Part shown: one piece after another, positions 1-10,994 of the stretch
Position numbering within the stretch: the stretch's first letter is position 1
Layout of the letters: every line of letters starts with the position of its first letter
Origin: Selaginella moellendorffii
Lineage: Eukaryota; Plantae; Lycopodiophyta
Direction: 5' to 3'
NCBI RefSeq assembly: GCF_000143415.4
Contig: NW_003314318.1
Location: 806,001-870,000, forward strand
DNA length: 64,000 bases
Notes under the pieces: generated by a model
Databases searched by the model: none
What the model saw: only the letters and a program-made list of their open reading frames with translations
Told to the model about the DNA's origin: nothing
Position numbers and translations under genes: made by a program

Positions 1-3000
1 TGAAATCTATGACTTTAACTATCACTGTGCTTAGATTTACTCTTTCTTCTGATATTTATTGTATTCTTTTCTTCTATTATACCACACTTTCATTAATCTA
101 GGAGTATGTCACTTGTTCCCAATATTGCTCCGTTAAATTGAACTTTTGGTGTTGTGGGGTGTAATCATATTAGTGTTGCACTCATTTTTGATATGTTGCT
201 ATCTCCAACTTCTATGGGATGTAATTACATAGTTTATTCTATTCTTGGTGTTTTGCCATCTTCTGTTGATGTGGAGCGTGATATTAATTGGCAAGCTATG
301 GATAATGCAATTTGGTTCTTGGAGAATATTTGAGGATCAAATTTATATGAGTACGATATTTACAAGCTTGAATGGATTTTGGATTGTGATAAGGAGCTTG
401 ATTATTATGGAGATAACTTTGGAGATAAGTTGAAGATTTTGTAGGGAAAAAAATTTAAGTTCTTTACCATTTATAATGTTTATAAAGTTTAAAAAGGAAT
501 AGATTAATTTGTAATTTAATCCTTTCTCTTTACCTTCTGTTCTTTCCTAATCTTTTTTTATTTTTTGACTTAAAACATATATTCTTAGTGTTCCTTCCTT
601 ATCTACAATATTTCCTTTTTTTGACATATTGATCATTTTTTACTTTTATGATTCTCATTTTCAATTTAGTGTTGAGCTGAATATTTTTTATCCTCTTTAT
701 ACTAATTTAAATCTTGAGTGTGTGCAGAAAGTTGAGAATCTTATTTCTGTTTCTTTGGCAAAGTCTTTGATTAATTGTGCTGTTAAGTATTCCCCTATCT
801 CTAAGGTTAAACTATTTTGGCTAGTATTTTGGGTTGAGTGCATATCCTTGATTATGAGTGTTGTTGAAAGTGTTTGTTTTATTGTTGTTATTGAGGGTTT
901 TATGTGTTCTCTTGAGAGTATGGACTTTTCTATTAATTTTCTTATCTTAAATATTAAATTGTGTGTTAATGAGGTTGAGTAGTGTGAATTTTTTACTTAT
1001 TTCGTGTTAGCCAAAGTATTTTATCACAATAAATCCTTTATTCTCCAAACTTTGAACATATTTCTTTCTTTTTTTTTCCTATTTTTACTTTGACAATTGT
1101 TAAAAATTTCTTTTCAAAATTTCTTTATCCACTTTTTCTTTTTCCACAATGTTTCTTCCTCCCTTTTTCATTTTCTCCTTTTTGCCTTGTCACTTTAAAC
1201 TTTTTTTTTTTCAAATGAGGGGGTAGAGGGGATGGATGGGAATTTTAACCCCAATGATAGAGTGAAGACGAGTGAATATAATAGTGGAGCAAAAATAAAT
1301 AATATAAATTGTGAAGTAAGGATAAACATAATGAGTCAAAATGAAACATCCAACCCTAATATAGTGAAGCTCAATTAATACAATAGTGGAATGAAACTAA
1401 ATATAGTGGTAGAATAAGGACAAGTGTAACAAATTCGAATGGAGCTAGTGCCTCAGAATTGTTTTTCCTTTGCACTACATAAGTAATAAGGTGATACTCA
1501 TCTTTTCACAAAATTCTAAATTTTCTCCTAATCCCCCTTCTTTATGTTAGATTGGATTTAAAGTTTATTTACACTCTTCATAAGCATAAATAGTGAGTAA
1601 ACTAAGCCTCCAAGTTTCTAACATCCTATAGTATAATAAAATTTATTCATATGACTTTATAAATCCTAAGCTTTAGGTGAATCTCTTAATTCAAAATTTC
1701 AAAGGAAAACACTGTGGCTTAATGATCTTATATAAGTACCTTAACTCCCCACCTCCATCCCAAAGGGAAGAGATAAAGAGTAATAATTTTTATGGTACTC
1801 AAGTGAAACACCATTCTACTTAAGCTAAAAACACTAGAGTCGATTTTCTTTTTAAGAGTGGGAATTGCTATTAAACTAAATTTTACTAATCCCTAGTTCC
1901 AATTTAAATTTAGTTAAGAAATATTATTAGAGAGTTTCATCAAGACTAAGTCTTTAGCCTTACTATCTTTACTATATTTTGGAACTCCTTATACCACTTT
2001 TTTATAAGCAATCACTTGTAAAGTCATTGTAAAGTCATTTTTTATTTTATTATCAAAAGATGATATATAGGGTTTAAATATAAAAACTGATCTATAGAGG
2101 TTTAAATATAAAATGAAAATAGTCCATAAATAAAAATGCATCTTTTTTTGTTTTTAGTTAAGAGATTTTGGATATTTGAGGTTAAATATCTTTGTGTTTA
2201 AATAATATAAAGCCCTAGGAAGTTTAAATTCAAGAGATTAATCTTGAACCTTAGTCTTATTTAATAAATTTTTTATCATTCTGAGCATAATTTCAGTGGA
2301 TTTATCTACGATATATCAAAAAGTTTATTCTATGCAACTTTATGGGCATTTAAATCATTTACAAGGATGTTGAAAAATGAGTTGTTATTGAGGGAAATAA
2401 CTGTTAACTCCAAAACATTCATTTTCATAAAAGCCATCTTGATCTTTTAAACAAATGACATTAAGTTAAAATACATTTGAAAAAGATTAAATTTAAATTT
2501 AGTAATACTTTTTGTTTTATATTACATTCTACACATACACTGTATGAAGAATCTAAAAGCCTTATATAAAAAATTATAGATGTAAATTATGCCTCATTTA
2601 TTGTGGCAAATCTTAAATATTACATTGTAAAAGAAGGCTTTTAATATAGGAAAATCATTTTTGCAAGTTTATTGTTCTTATAAAGTATTTTTGTTCTTCT
2701 TAAAAAACTTTACAAATTGAAAACTAAAATGAAAGTGAGATTAATAATGATATTTCAAGTGAGTAAAATTCAATATATCATGAGGTAAAGTGTCTATAAA
2801 TTTTAAATTCAATTATTTTATTCTTCTTTATTTTTTCAATTTAACTATGAAATCTATCTAATTGTCATAACCATTACCCTACAGCGAACTTATCACAAAA
2901 CTTGGTCTCACAGATGCCAACATACTGTTTATCACAAGCCTGAATAAAATTATGTAAAAGACAAGTTTGAATAGGACTGTGTATAAAGAGTTTATTAAAA

Positions 3001-3300
3001 CTACTAGCAGCTTCGTTTTTTTCTACATACGCTTGTGGAGCGAAGAAGTCTTCTATTACTCATAGAGAAATAATGACATACAGTAAGCTAAACAATTTTA
3101 ACCACACCAAAAATATGTAAATTTAAAGCTTAGAGACATGAGATTTAATCTATACATTTTCTCATTATTATAGCAATTCCTCATCGTAACCTCTCCAATG
3201 ATACTAAGTTTGAAAAGAAATCTAATTTTAGGATGAAGAAAAACAAATTAAAGTGGGAAAATGAATATGCCCATCAAATGTCATCATATAATTTACAAAA
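1..3300. mobile_element. AT-rich, probably decayed transposon-derived sequence (possible LINE ORF1-like relic on the minus strand at about 1-1000)
   Basis: Very AT-rich with no credible long ORF. The minus strand of 1-1000 is A-rich with stop-riddled coding-like stretches (EGTLRIYVLSQ...NFINIING). No diagnostic motif was confirmed. Confidence 0.25.
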
Positions 3301-3455
3301 GTGGACATTAAATAAAATCATGTGTTAACCTGCAAAATAACATCTAAACTAGGTGGGACCAAATGGCCGAGAATATCGGCCACGTGGCACAAATGCTCCA
3401 AGCTCTCAATAAAGTGAACCAATAATCAAGCTTGGACATGCGACTTTTTCTCATC

Positions 3456-4934
3456 ATGGGTCACGCTGATTTGAGTTCCAAGCTCCAAAGGGTCCTCCTC
3501 CAGCATCAGGTGCGTCTGAAGCCCGTACCTTTTAGCTCTTCCAGGGATTCTCACGAAGCTCTCAAAGTCTACGACGATTCCAGGCTCCAGTTCATCCAGG
3601 AGATGCTCGACCAGGAGGATGAGCCCGAGGATTCTAGCCAGGAGGCCCAGCAGGTTCTTAGCGGATTGCTGGGTGAGCTCACAGCAATCGTCTCTTCTTA
3701 CCCATCTTCCTCCTGTTCATCAGATCAAGATGAGCTCCAAACGTCCACTTCTCCGGCTAGTAATCCAGTGCTCGCGAGGAGCGATGGAGCAGATTTGGAG
3801 GGTCTGCTAGTGGCATGTGCTGAAGCAGTGGCCGCCAACGATTCAGCACAAGCGTACGAGCTCGTGGAAGAGCTGACAAGCTTTGCATATTCTGGAGAGA
3901 GCTCCCTCCATCGAGCAGTGCTCTATTTCACCAATGCCCTCGTCGCAAGGCTGAGAGGATACGGCGCCCAAATGTATAGAATCATGTCCAAGGAGGTGAG
4001 CACCAGGCAGACATTGGCAGTGCAAATGAACCTCCCAGTTCTCCGAGCCACCGAATTTTTTGCGAACCAGACCATCCTCGAGGCTTGCCGGGGACAGAGG
4101 AACCTTAAGCTTCACATAGTTGACTATGGGATCTTCTACGGCTGCCAATGGCCATCGCTCATCGAAGCTCTCTCCCAGCGTGACGAAGGCCCTCCAAAGA
4201 AGATGATGATTACCGGGATCGAGCTTACGAGCATTGCGGAAGCCTCAATGCGTCAAACTGGCGAGGGCTTGATAGCGTACGCAAAGTCGTGCGGGGTCCC
4301 ACTGGAGTTCCAGCCCGTGGTAAGCAACACTTGGGAGAAGGCCGAGCCGCGGTACCACCTTTCCTCGGACGAGTTCTTGGTTATCAACTGTAAGCTGCGA
4401 ATGAGGCACTTGAGAGAGGATGGTTACATCCTAATGGAGAGCCCCAGGAAGATTTTCTTCAAGAACATTGCTAGGCTCAAGCCAGCATTGTTCGTGCAGT
4501 GTGTGGTTACCACCGACTTAAGCTCCCCGTTTTTCATTCACCGCTTCCGGGAGGCCTGGAGAGATATCCACATCAGAATGGAGCAGATTGAAGAGACTAT
4601 GCAAGTGATTGATCCGCCCAAGCTCGAGTATCTCAACAGGTTGATGGAGAAGACCGTCATGAACATGGTGGCCTGCGAGGGAGCCGATCGGATTGAACGC
4701 CTCAGCTCGTACAAAACCTGGAACTATTTGGCAACGAGAGCAGGGTTTGAGAAGCTGCCCATCAGCAATCAAGCGCTGCAAATGGTCAAGGTTGTGTGGA
4801 CGAGCCACAAGAAGTTCACGTATGGAATGGATGAGAAGTGGCTGCTTCTGGGCTGGAAAGATGTGACTTTGACGGCGATGAGTGCATGGCAACCAATGTG
4901 TAGTACTTTCCCCTTCATTAAGGAAAAAAATTAA
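3456..4934 (+). CDS. GRAS family transcription regulator, SCL14/LISCL-like, intronless
   Basis: Motifs: LHRI LEGLLVACAEAVAAND, FFANQTILEA, VHIID-type LHIVDYGIFYGCQWPSLIEALS, PFYRE-type FFIHRFREA, NMVACEGADRIER, and terminal WLLLGWK...SAW. ATG 3456 (MGH) matches the paralog start; ATG 3438 is an alternative. Confidence 0.93.
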   Translation: MGHADLSSKLQRVLLQHQVRLKPVPFSSSRDSHEALKVYDDSRLQFIQEMLDQEDEPEDSSQEAQQVLSGLLGELTAIVSSYPSSSCSSDQDELQTSTSPASNPVLARSDGADLEGLLVACAEAVAANDSAQAYELVEELTSFAYSGESSLHRAVLYFTNALVARLRGYGAQMYRIMSKEVSTRQTLAVQMNLPVLRATEFFANQTILEACRGQRNLKLHIVDYGIFYGCQWPSLIEALSQRDEGPPKKMMITGIELTSIAEASMRQTGEGLIAYAKSCGVPLEFQPVVSNTWEKAEPRYHLSSDEFLVINCKLRMRHLREDGYILMESPRKIFFKNIARLKPALFVQCVVTTDLSSPFFIHRFREAWRDIHIRMEQIEETMQVIDPPKLEYLNRLMEKTVMNMVACEGADRIERLSSYKTWNYLATRAGFEKLPISNQALQMVKVVWTSHKKFTYGMDEKWLLLGWKDVTLTAMSAWQPMCSTFPFIKEKN

Positions 4935-5482
4935 GATTAGGTGATCACCTGACAAGAAATACCAAAGCTGGCCGCCTAACAATGGATAACAATGCAAGAA
5001 GAAACGTGGTGCCCAAGAAAATTTGAAGGTAGAAGAGAGATGTTTTGGACTTCATATAGTACTTAAAATCTGTTTATGAAAGTTTGTTCATCTTTTAAAG
5101 AGAGTTGAAATACCTTTTCGCAGCATCTGGGGCTGCAGCATGTTTTCCATTTCTTGACGCTCTTGCCAGGGAAGTTCTTGCCAGTTCATTAGCTGTTCTA
5201 GAGCAAGTTTTGTTCGTCTTTTTTTCAGCTGAATTGAGGCATTCGGGAATTTTCGAGCTACATTCCTGCGGCTCTTTAGCTGACACTTCCACATTTGCAA
5301 TTAGGATCTAAAACATATACTAAATGGAAACTGTGAACAAATGAGTTATACACACTGTGCAAGAGAAAATGGAGCCACGATTTGTCAAAATGTTTGTGAA
5401 AAGTGATTGACAGTTACAGATACTGCGGATTCCGTGCACTCCATCGTGGAAATCAAAACTATGCACCAAGGAAATCAAAATA

Positions 5483-6345
5483 ATGGGACACGAATATCTG
5501 TGCTCCAAGCTCCAGCTGGCGCTCCTCCAGCACCAGGTACGTCTCAAGCCCGTCAATCTATCCTCGCCCAGGGATTCCCATAGAAAAGCCCTCAAACTCC
5601 AGGCTCAAATGCATCCAAGACATCCTCGACCAGGTGGAGAAGAAGCCCCCGATGGAGATTCGGAAGAGATTGTCGCGATGAGCTCGACCAGCAGTTCCTG
5701 GTGCCGCTGGTCGTCGCCCTGGTGGAGCTGCTCGTCCTCCTAGTGATCCACTCACGAGCGATCCGGCACACTTCGAGGGTCTCCACATGGCTTGTGCACA
5801 AGCAGCGGACGCCAAAGATCCGGCATGCAGAAGCATTGACAAGGCTTGCCTCGTCGGGAGAGAGTTCACTCCATCGATCAGCGCTCTACTTCACCAATGC
5901 ACTCGTCGCGAGATTGAGAAGATACGGAGCTCAAATGCATCACATCATGTGCAGGGACGTGAGCTGAGCACCAGGCAGACTCTGGCCGTACAAATGAACC
6001 TCCCGATCCTTCGAGCCACCGAGTTCTTCGCGAACCAGACCATCCCCGAGGCTTGCCGGGGAGTGTAAGTATCTCCACATAGTTGACTATGGGATCCTCT
6101 ACGGCTACCAGTGGCCATCGCTCATCGAAGCTCTTTCCCGGCGAGCGGAAGGTCCTCCAGAAAAGATGATGATCACTGGGATCGAGTTCACCCACACGGC
6201 GGAAGCTGTGATGCGTCAAACCGGAGATAGGCTGACAACTTACGCAAACTCTTGTGGGATCCTACTGGAGTTCTAGCCCGTGGCAAGCAACACTTGGGAG
6301 AAGGCCGAGCCGGGCTACCACCGGACGAGTTCCTGGTGATTCACT
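5483..6345 (+). pseudogene. Truncated, frameshifted tandem copy of the GRAS gene
   Basis: Near-identical blocks to 3456-4400 (SKLQ..LLQHQVRLKPV; SGESSLHRSALYFTNALVARLR; TRQTLAVQMNLPILRATEFFANQTI) are spread over several frames with stops. The PFYRE/SAW half is missing. Confidence 0.9.
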
Positions 6346-6695
6346 TGCGAGAGAGGTCCAAATGCGAGGATTTGCTTGCAAGCACGGGCTCAAAGCTATG
6401 GTAGAACACCAAGATTTTTCCAAGTCTTGCAACAAACAACGTGCGCTAGTCAAGGTCGTTGTGCAACAATAAATCTGTAAAGAAACAATTCATAGTTTTT
6501 TGAACCCATCTTTGCGTGCTCAAAGAAGAGAAAGAAAATGGTTTGGCTGGAACACACGGCTTTGACGAAGGAAACGCGACCTCACCAACCAAATCCTTTA
6601 ACTGTAGAAAGACCGGAAGCTTTCCTGCCGCAATCGCCTACAATAGCTCCATCTACCAAGACTTGGATTGAGAAAATTTTGATCCCGGTCCGAGG

Positions 6696-6703
6696 TATAA
6701 AAG
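6696..6703 (+). promoter_or_regulatory. TATA box of PR-10 copy 1
   Basis: TATAAAAG about 55 bp upstream of a predicted 5'UTR intron donor (GTGAGC at 6753) and 142 bp upstream of the ATG. Confidence 0.65.
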
Positions 6704-6837
6704 GGAAGCCAGAGCAAGTTGAGGCAAGGAAAGCCTAAGTTTCTTCGTCAAGGTGAGCTCTCGATTTGGTTGCTTCGATCCAATTGAATGGTTTCGAATC
6801 TCCTTGCACAGCAGTCCACATTTCTACCAAGATCCAA

Positions 6838-7349
6838 ATGGCCCCTTCCACAGTCACCAAGGAGCTGCCCTGCGCGATCCCTGCTCCAAAGTTGTGGGCA
6901 GCGATCATGGACGCTCACTTGCTCGCCAAGGCCGTCAAGCCCGTGGTGACCAGCGTGGAGGTCGAGGGCGGCGACGGTGTGATTGGAAGCATTAGAACTG
7001 TGAACTTCAATGCTGGTAAGAAAGATCACTGCTATCATTCCCATCTCTCGATCATGTTTGCTTTCGCTTGGCAGAGATCGTTGGATTCCCTTACGTCAAG
7101 GAGAAGCTGACGTCTTTGGATGATTCGAGCATGACCATTGGCACCTCTATGATCGAGGGAGGATACCTTGGCTCGCAGCTCAAATCTCATTCCGCCACCA
7201 TCACCGTCAAGCCCAATGGCCAGGGGAGCGTTATCGTGTGGGTGCTCCAATACGAGCCTTTGGTCGAGAACCCCAACGTTGACGAGATCGTCGAGGGCTT
7301 TGTCAAATCCTTCAAGGCGATCGAGGCCTACCTCCAGTCCACGAACTAG
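6838..7349 (+). CDS. PR-10 / Bet v 1 family protein, copy 1 (150 aa; exons 6838-7015, 7075-7349)
   Basis: MAPSTVTKELPCAIPAPKLWAAI, Gly-rich loop EGGDGVIGSIRTVNF, IEGGYLG, C-terminal FKAIEAYL. A 59-bp GT-AG intron restores the frame. A 5'UTR intron at about 6753-6811 is predicted. Confidence 0.92.
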
Positions 7350-9528
7350 ATTCGCGCAGATCTAGTCGCCTTTCTTTCTCGGGTTTTGTTTGATCCAAGG
7401 AATAAGTTTCTCCTCGGTCGATCAATCGAGTGTGATGAAAGAAACTCTTCTTTGCCCTGTCGGGCTTTACTCTAGGTGTAGATCTTGCCAAGGAGAAACT
7501 GTTGGCGAGAGAGATCCACGCGAAGGATCCAGGATCGTGGGAGATCAGGCGCTGAGCAGCAATCACTCCCCTGCCCGGATCGCTGTAGATCCGGCACGCT
7601 CCAGCCAGGCATCCCCAATCGATCGCATCGGGGATCCAGGGCATGGACCGCATCAGCTCCTCGGCATCGCCCAAGTGACCCGATCGCGCCAGGAGGTCCA
7701 CCACGCAGCTATAGTGCTGCTTCCCGGGCGTAATCCCATGATCCATGCTCATCGCTGCGAAGCAGCATCGCCCATCGTAGACCCGCCCCCAGCGGCTGCA
7801 AGCCACGAGAAAGGCCGTGAAGAACATCCCGTCCGCCATGCCCAGAGCTCCCAATCTCTCGAATTCGTGGAGGAATTCTGCTAGATCACGGGTGTGGGCG
7901 TAGCAAACGAGCAGCGCCGCGCAAGAAGACACACAATGCTGCTCCGGCATAGCCAAGCTCAGGCGCTCCGCCGCGTCCACCCGCCCGTTCTGCGCGTAGG
8001 CACACACCATCGCCCGCCACGCCACCTGGCTCCGATGTGGCATACCAGCAAAGACTAGTCTCGCCTCGTCGGCGAACCCGTTCTGGGCATATGCCGACAG
8101 CATGGCATTCCACGTCACAGAGCTGTGACATGGCATAGCGTCGAACAAGCTCCGTGCCACGTCGACATGACCGTGCTGGGCATAGCCCGCCAGCAAGGAC
8201 GTCCAGCTCACAAGATCCCTGCACGGCGATTGGTCCAGAAGCTGCTGAGCCAGCGCCACATCACCCGCGGCACACAGTCCAGTCAGCATCGCGTTAAGCG
8301 TCACGACGCTCATCTCTGGGATCGTGGCAAACAAACGCTTGGCAGCGTTGAGATGCCCGTTTTGGGCATAAGCGCTCAGCATTGCGGTCGCAAGGACGAG
8401 ATTGATCTCTGGAGTTTGAGCAAAGAGATTCTCGGCTTGGATCACATTCCCAGCTTGGGAATGAGCAGAGATCATCGTGGCCAGAGAGGCGAAATTCTTT
8501 TCTTCCATGCGATCGAAGAGTAGCAGGATCGAGTCAAGTTTCCCTGCCAAGGAAAGCACTGAGAGCATTAGATTCCAGGACACACAATCCCGTTCGGGCA
8601 TTTGATCAAAGAGATCCTTTGCTTCATCTACAGAGGCGCAGCGAGTATATATCCCCAGGAGTGAATTCCAAGAAACCGAGTTCCTTGCCGGCATTGCATC
8701 AAATACCCTTTTTGCGGATTCCAGATCGCTGCATGCCGATAGCAGCGAATTCCACGAAACCAAATCCCTCTCTGGCATATCACGAAAGAATTTTCTCGCC
8801 ATCTCAAGGCTGTCATGGCTCGCCGCTGCGAACAAAAGTGTGTTCCAGGAAATAAGATTCCTCACTGGCATCTTTTCAAAGCTTTCAAGACAGTCTTCCA
8901 AATGCCCGTGTTGGGCATGTGCCTGAAGCATTGCGTTCCACGAGATCAGATCTTTTCTCGGCATTGAATAAAAAACAAATTTGCATTCTCTTATACAGAA
9001 TATGTCACATATTGCTGAAAAGAGCGAGTTCCAGACCATCAGACTCCAGCATGGCATTCTTTCCAGTAAGCTCAAAGCATATTCTAGATCTCCATTTCTG
9101 GCATTTGCTGCAACCATAGCAGTCCACGACACAAGATTCCTCTCGGGCATCTGGGAAAAAATCTCTTTTGCAGATCCAAACTTGCCAGTTCTAAGGTAGG
9201 CATCCAGCATTGAATTCCAGCACGCCACATCCCGCTCCGGCATCGCATCAAACACCCGCCTGGCATCGTCGACACGGCCATTCCTGGAGCACGCCAAGAG
9301 AAGCATTCCCCACGAGAAGCAGTCCCTGCGATCGAGAGGGATGGAATCAAACACCTGCCTGGCCAGCGCCACGCTCCCACACCGCCCATACATCTCAATC
9401 ACCCTGTTCCACACCAGGAAATCGCCACGGCTCTTGGGATGACAAGCCCAAGCGCGGTGGAGCTCCCGCGCCCTGGAGAGGCTCCTACATGAAACAATCT
9501 CTTCCAGGCAATCCAGCTGACTTGGCAA
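7312..9528 (-). CDS. PLS-class PPR protein with E-type C-terminus, no DYW; start codon uncertain
   Basis: About 18 tandem PPR motifs (FDAMPERDVACWNSML etc.) and the terminal PGKQHYSCVVDLLARSGHLGDAEELMRSMPWIPDAIDWGCLAGAC motif. The ORF opens at TTG; the first in-frame ATG is inside the first repeat. Confidence 0.85.
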   Translation of the reverse strand: MPSQLDCLEEIVSCRSLSRARELHRAWACHPKSRGDFLVWNRVIEMYGRCGSVALARQVFDSIPLDRRDCFSWGMLLLACSRNGRVDDARRVFDAMPERDVACWNSMLDAYLRTGKFGSAKEIFSQMPERNLVSWTAMVAANARNGDLEYALSLLERMPCWSLMVWNSLFSAICDIFCIRECKFVFYSMPRKDLISWNAMLQAHAQHGHLEDCLESFEKMPVRNLISWNTLLFAAASHDSLEMARKFFRDMPERDLVSWNSLLSACSDLESAKRVFDAMPARNSVSWNSLLGIYTRCASVDEAKDLFDQMPERDCVSWNLMLSVLSLAGKLDSILLLFDRMEEKNFASLATMISAHSQAGNVIQAENLFAQTPEINLVLATAMLSAYAQNGHLNAAKRLFATIPEMSVVTLNAMLTGLCAAGDVALAQQLLDQSPCRDLVSWTSLLAGYAQHGHVDVARSLFDAMPCHSSVTWNAMLSAYAQNGFADEARLVFAGMPHRSQVAWRAMVCAYAQNGRVDAAERLSLAMPEQHCVSSCAALLVCYAHTRDLAEFLHEFERLGALGMADGMFFTAFLVACSRWGRVYDGRCCFAAMSMDHGITPGKQHYSCVVDLLARSGHLGDAEELMRSMPWIPDAIDWGCLAGACRIYSDPGRGVIAAQRLISHDPGSFAWISLANSFSLARSTPRVKPDRAKKSFFHHTRLIDRGETYSLDQTKPEKERRLDLRESSSWTGGRPRSP

Positions 9529-9719
9529 AAGTGAGATCTATAGCTATTCTTTTGGCAGTGTTCTTGAAAGTTAATGGGTGTTCACAAGGAATAATTTGCC
9601 ACGTCCCTGGCATACTGGACAAGTGCTTGTTTTCTTCAAACAGAGATAGCCATCAGAGCTCTAAAACAAAAAAGCTTTTCGAGCTGAAGTAGCTACAGAT
9701 GTTCAGCATTTTGCAAGCT

Positions 9720-10120
9720 TTGCGACTGGATCCACACATGAAAAAGGTGGTTCGCGTCGAGCTTCTTCTCCATGGCCTGGACGTGGATGTCTTTACCCCA
9801 ATCTATCTATCTATCTATCCATATTCTGTGTTTGGCAGTCTTGCGGTGCCCAACAAGAGTGTGCAAACAAGTTTGCAAGTTTGTTGTGGGGTTCTTCTCG
9901 CTCCCTCCATCTCCACGCTCACGTTCCTCCCGGATGTTTGTGCAGGCCGCTAGAACAGCGACGTAAGTCGACGCTCGATTCGCCCATCGCCTCGAGCTCT
10001 CAAGGATTCCGGAGAGAGAGATCTTCTCGCTCGCGCCCTCGTAGTTTATTCATCCAGAGCATTTAAGTGGAGGAGCGCATGGTGTTCCACTTGATCTTTG
10101 GAGCCGTGAACGAGCAGCCA
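9720..10120 (-). pseudogene. Degenerate PPR fragment
   Basis: Minus-strand remnants STYVAVLAACTNI and GKDIHVQAMEKKLDAN resemble PPR P/L motifs. Interrupted by stops and an (ATCT)n microsatellite near 9801-9818. Confidence 0.35.
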
Positions 10121-10394
10121 ACACCCAAATCGAGATACAGAGAACTTGACTTGGTTTAGCTGGAACACACGACTTTGACGAGACCTCCAACAACCAAATC
10201 CACTGACCGAGAAATTTCCTTGCCGCAACAATAGCTCCATCTGCCAAGACTTGGAGTAAAAAAGTTTGATCGCGGTCGAGAAGCCTAGAGCAAGCTAAGC
10301 AAACACTTTCCTTCGTCAAGGTAAGCCAGAGCTTTCGATTTGGTTGCTTCGATCCAATTGAATGGTTTTGGATCCCTCTTGCGCAGTAGGCAAC

Positions 10395-10908
10395 ATGGCC
10401 CCTTCCACAGTCACCAAGGAGCTGCCCCTCGCGATCCCTGCTCCAAAGTTGTGGGCAGCGATTATGGACGCTCAATTGCTCGCCAAGGCCGTCAAGCCCG
10501 TGGTGACCAGCGTGGAGGTCGAGGGCAGAGACGGTGCGATTGGAAGCATTAGAACTGTGAACTTCAACGCTGGTAAGATCATCACACACCTCTTCTCGCA
10601 AGCTTGATCGTTTCCATCATCTTCGCTTGGCAGAGATCGTTGGATTCCCCTACATCAAGGAGAAGGTAACGATTTTGGATGAATCGAGCATGACCATTGG
10701 CGCCTCTCTGATCGAGGGAGGATACCTCGGCTCGCAGCTCAAATCTCACTCCGCCACCATCACCGTCAAGCCCAATGGCCAGGGGAGCGTTATGGTGTGG
10801 GTGCTCACTTACGAGCCTTTGATCGAGAACCCCAACATTGACGGGATCGTCGAGGCCTTTGTCAAATCCTTCAAGGCGGTCGAGGCCTACCTCCAGTCCA
10901 CGAACTAG
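10395..10908 (+). CDS. PR-10 / Bet v 1 family protein, copy 2 (150 aa; exons 10395-10572, 10634-10908)
   Basis: Same exon lengths (178+275 nt) and high identity to copy 1, intact frame, 61-bp GT-AG intron. Confidence 0.92.
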
Positions 10909-10994
10909 ATTCGCACAGATCTAGATGTCTATCTGGGGTTTTGTTTGATCCACGATCGATCAATCGAGTGTTATGAAAGAAACTCTTCTTTGCC

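Noticed and set aside
245-982. Plus-strand ORFs 245-433 and 629-982
   Set aside because: T-rich antisense shadows of AT-rich repeat-like DNA, non-ATG starts, no motifs.
5088-5460. Exon-like minus-strand ORFs between the GRAS copies
   Set aside because: Plausible splice sites but no recognisable domain or start; cannot be supported as a gene.
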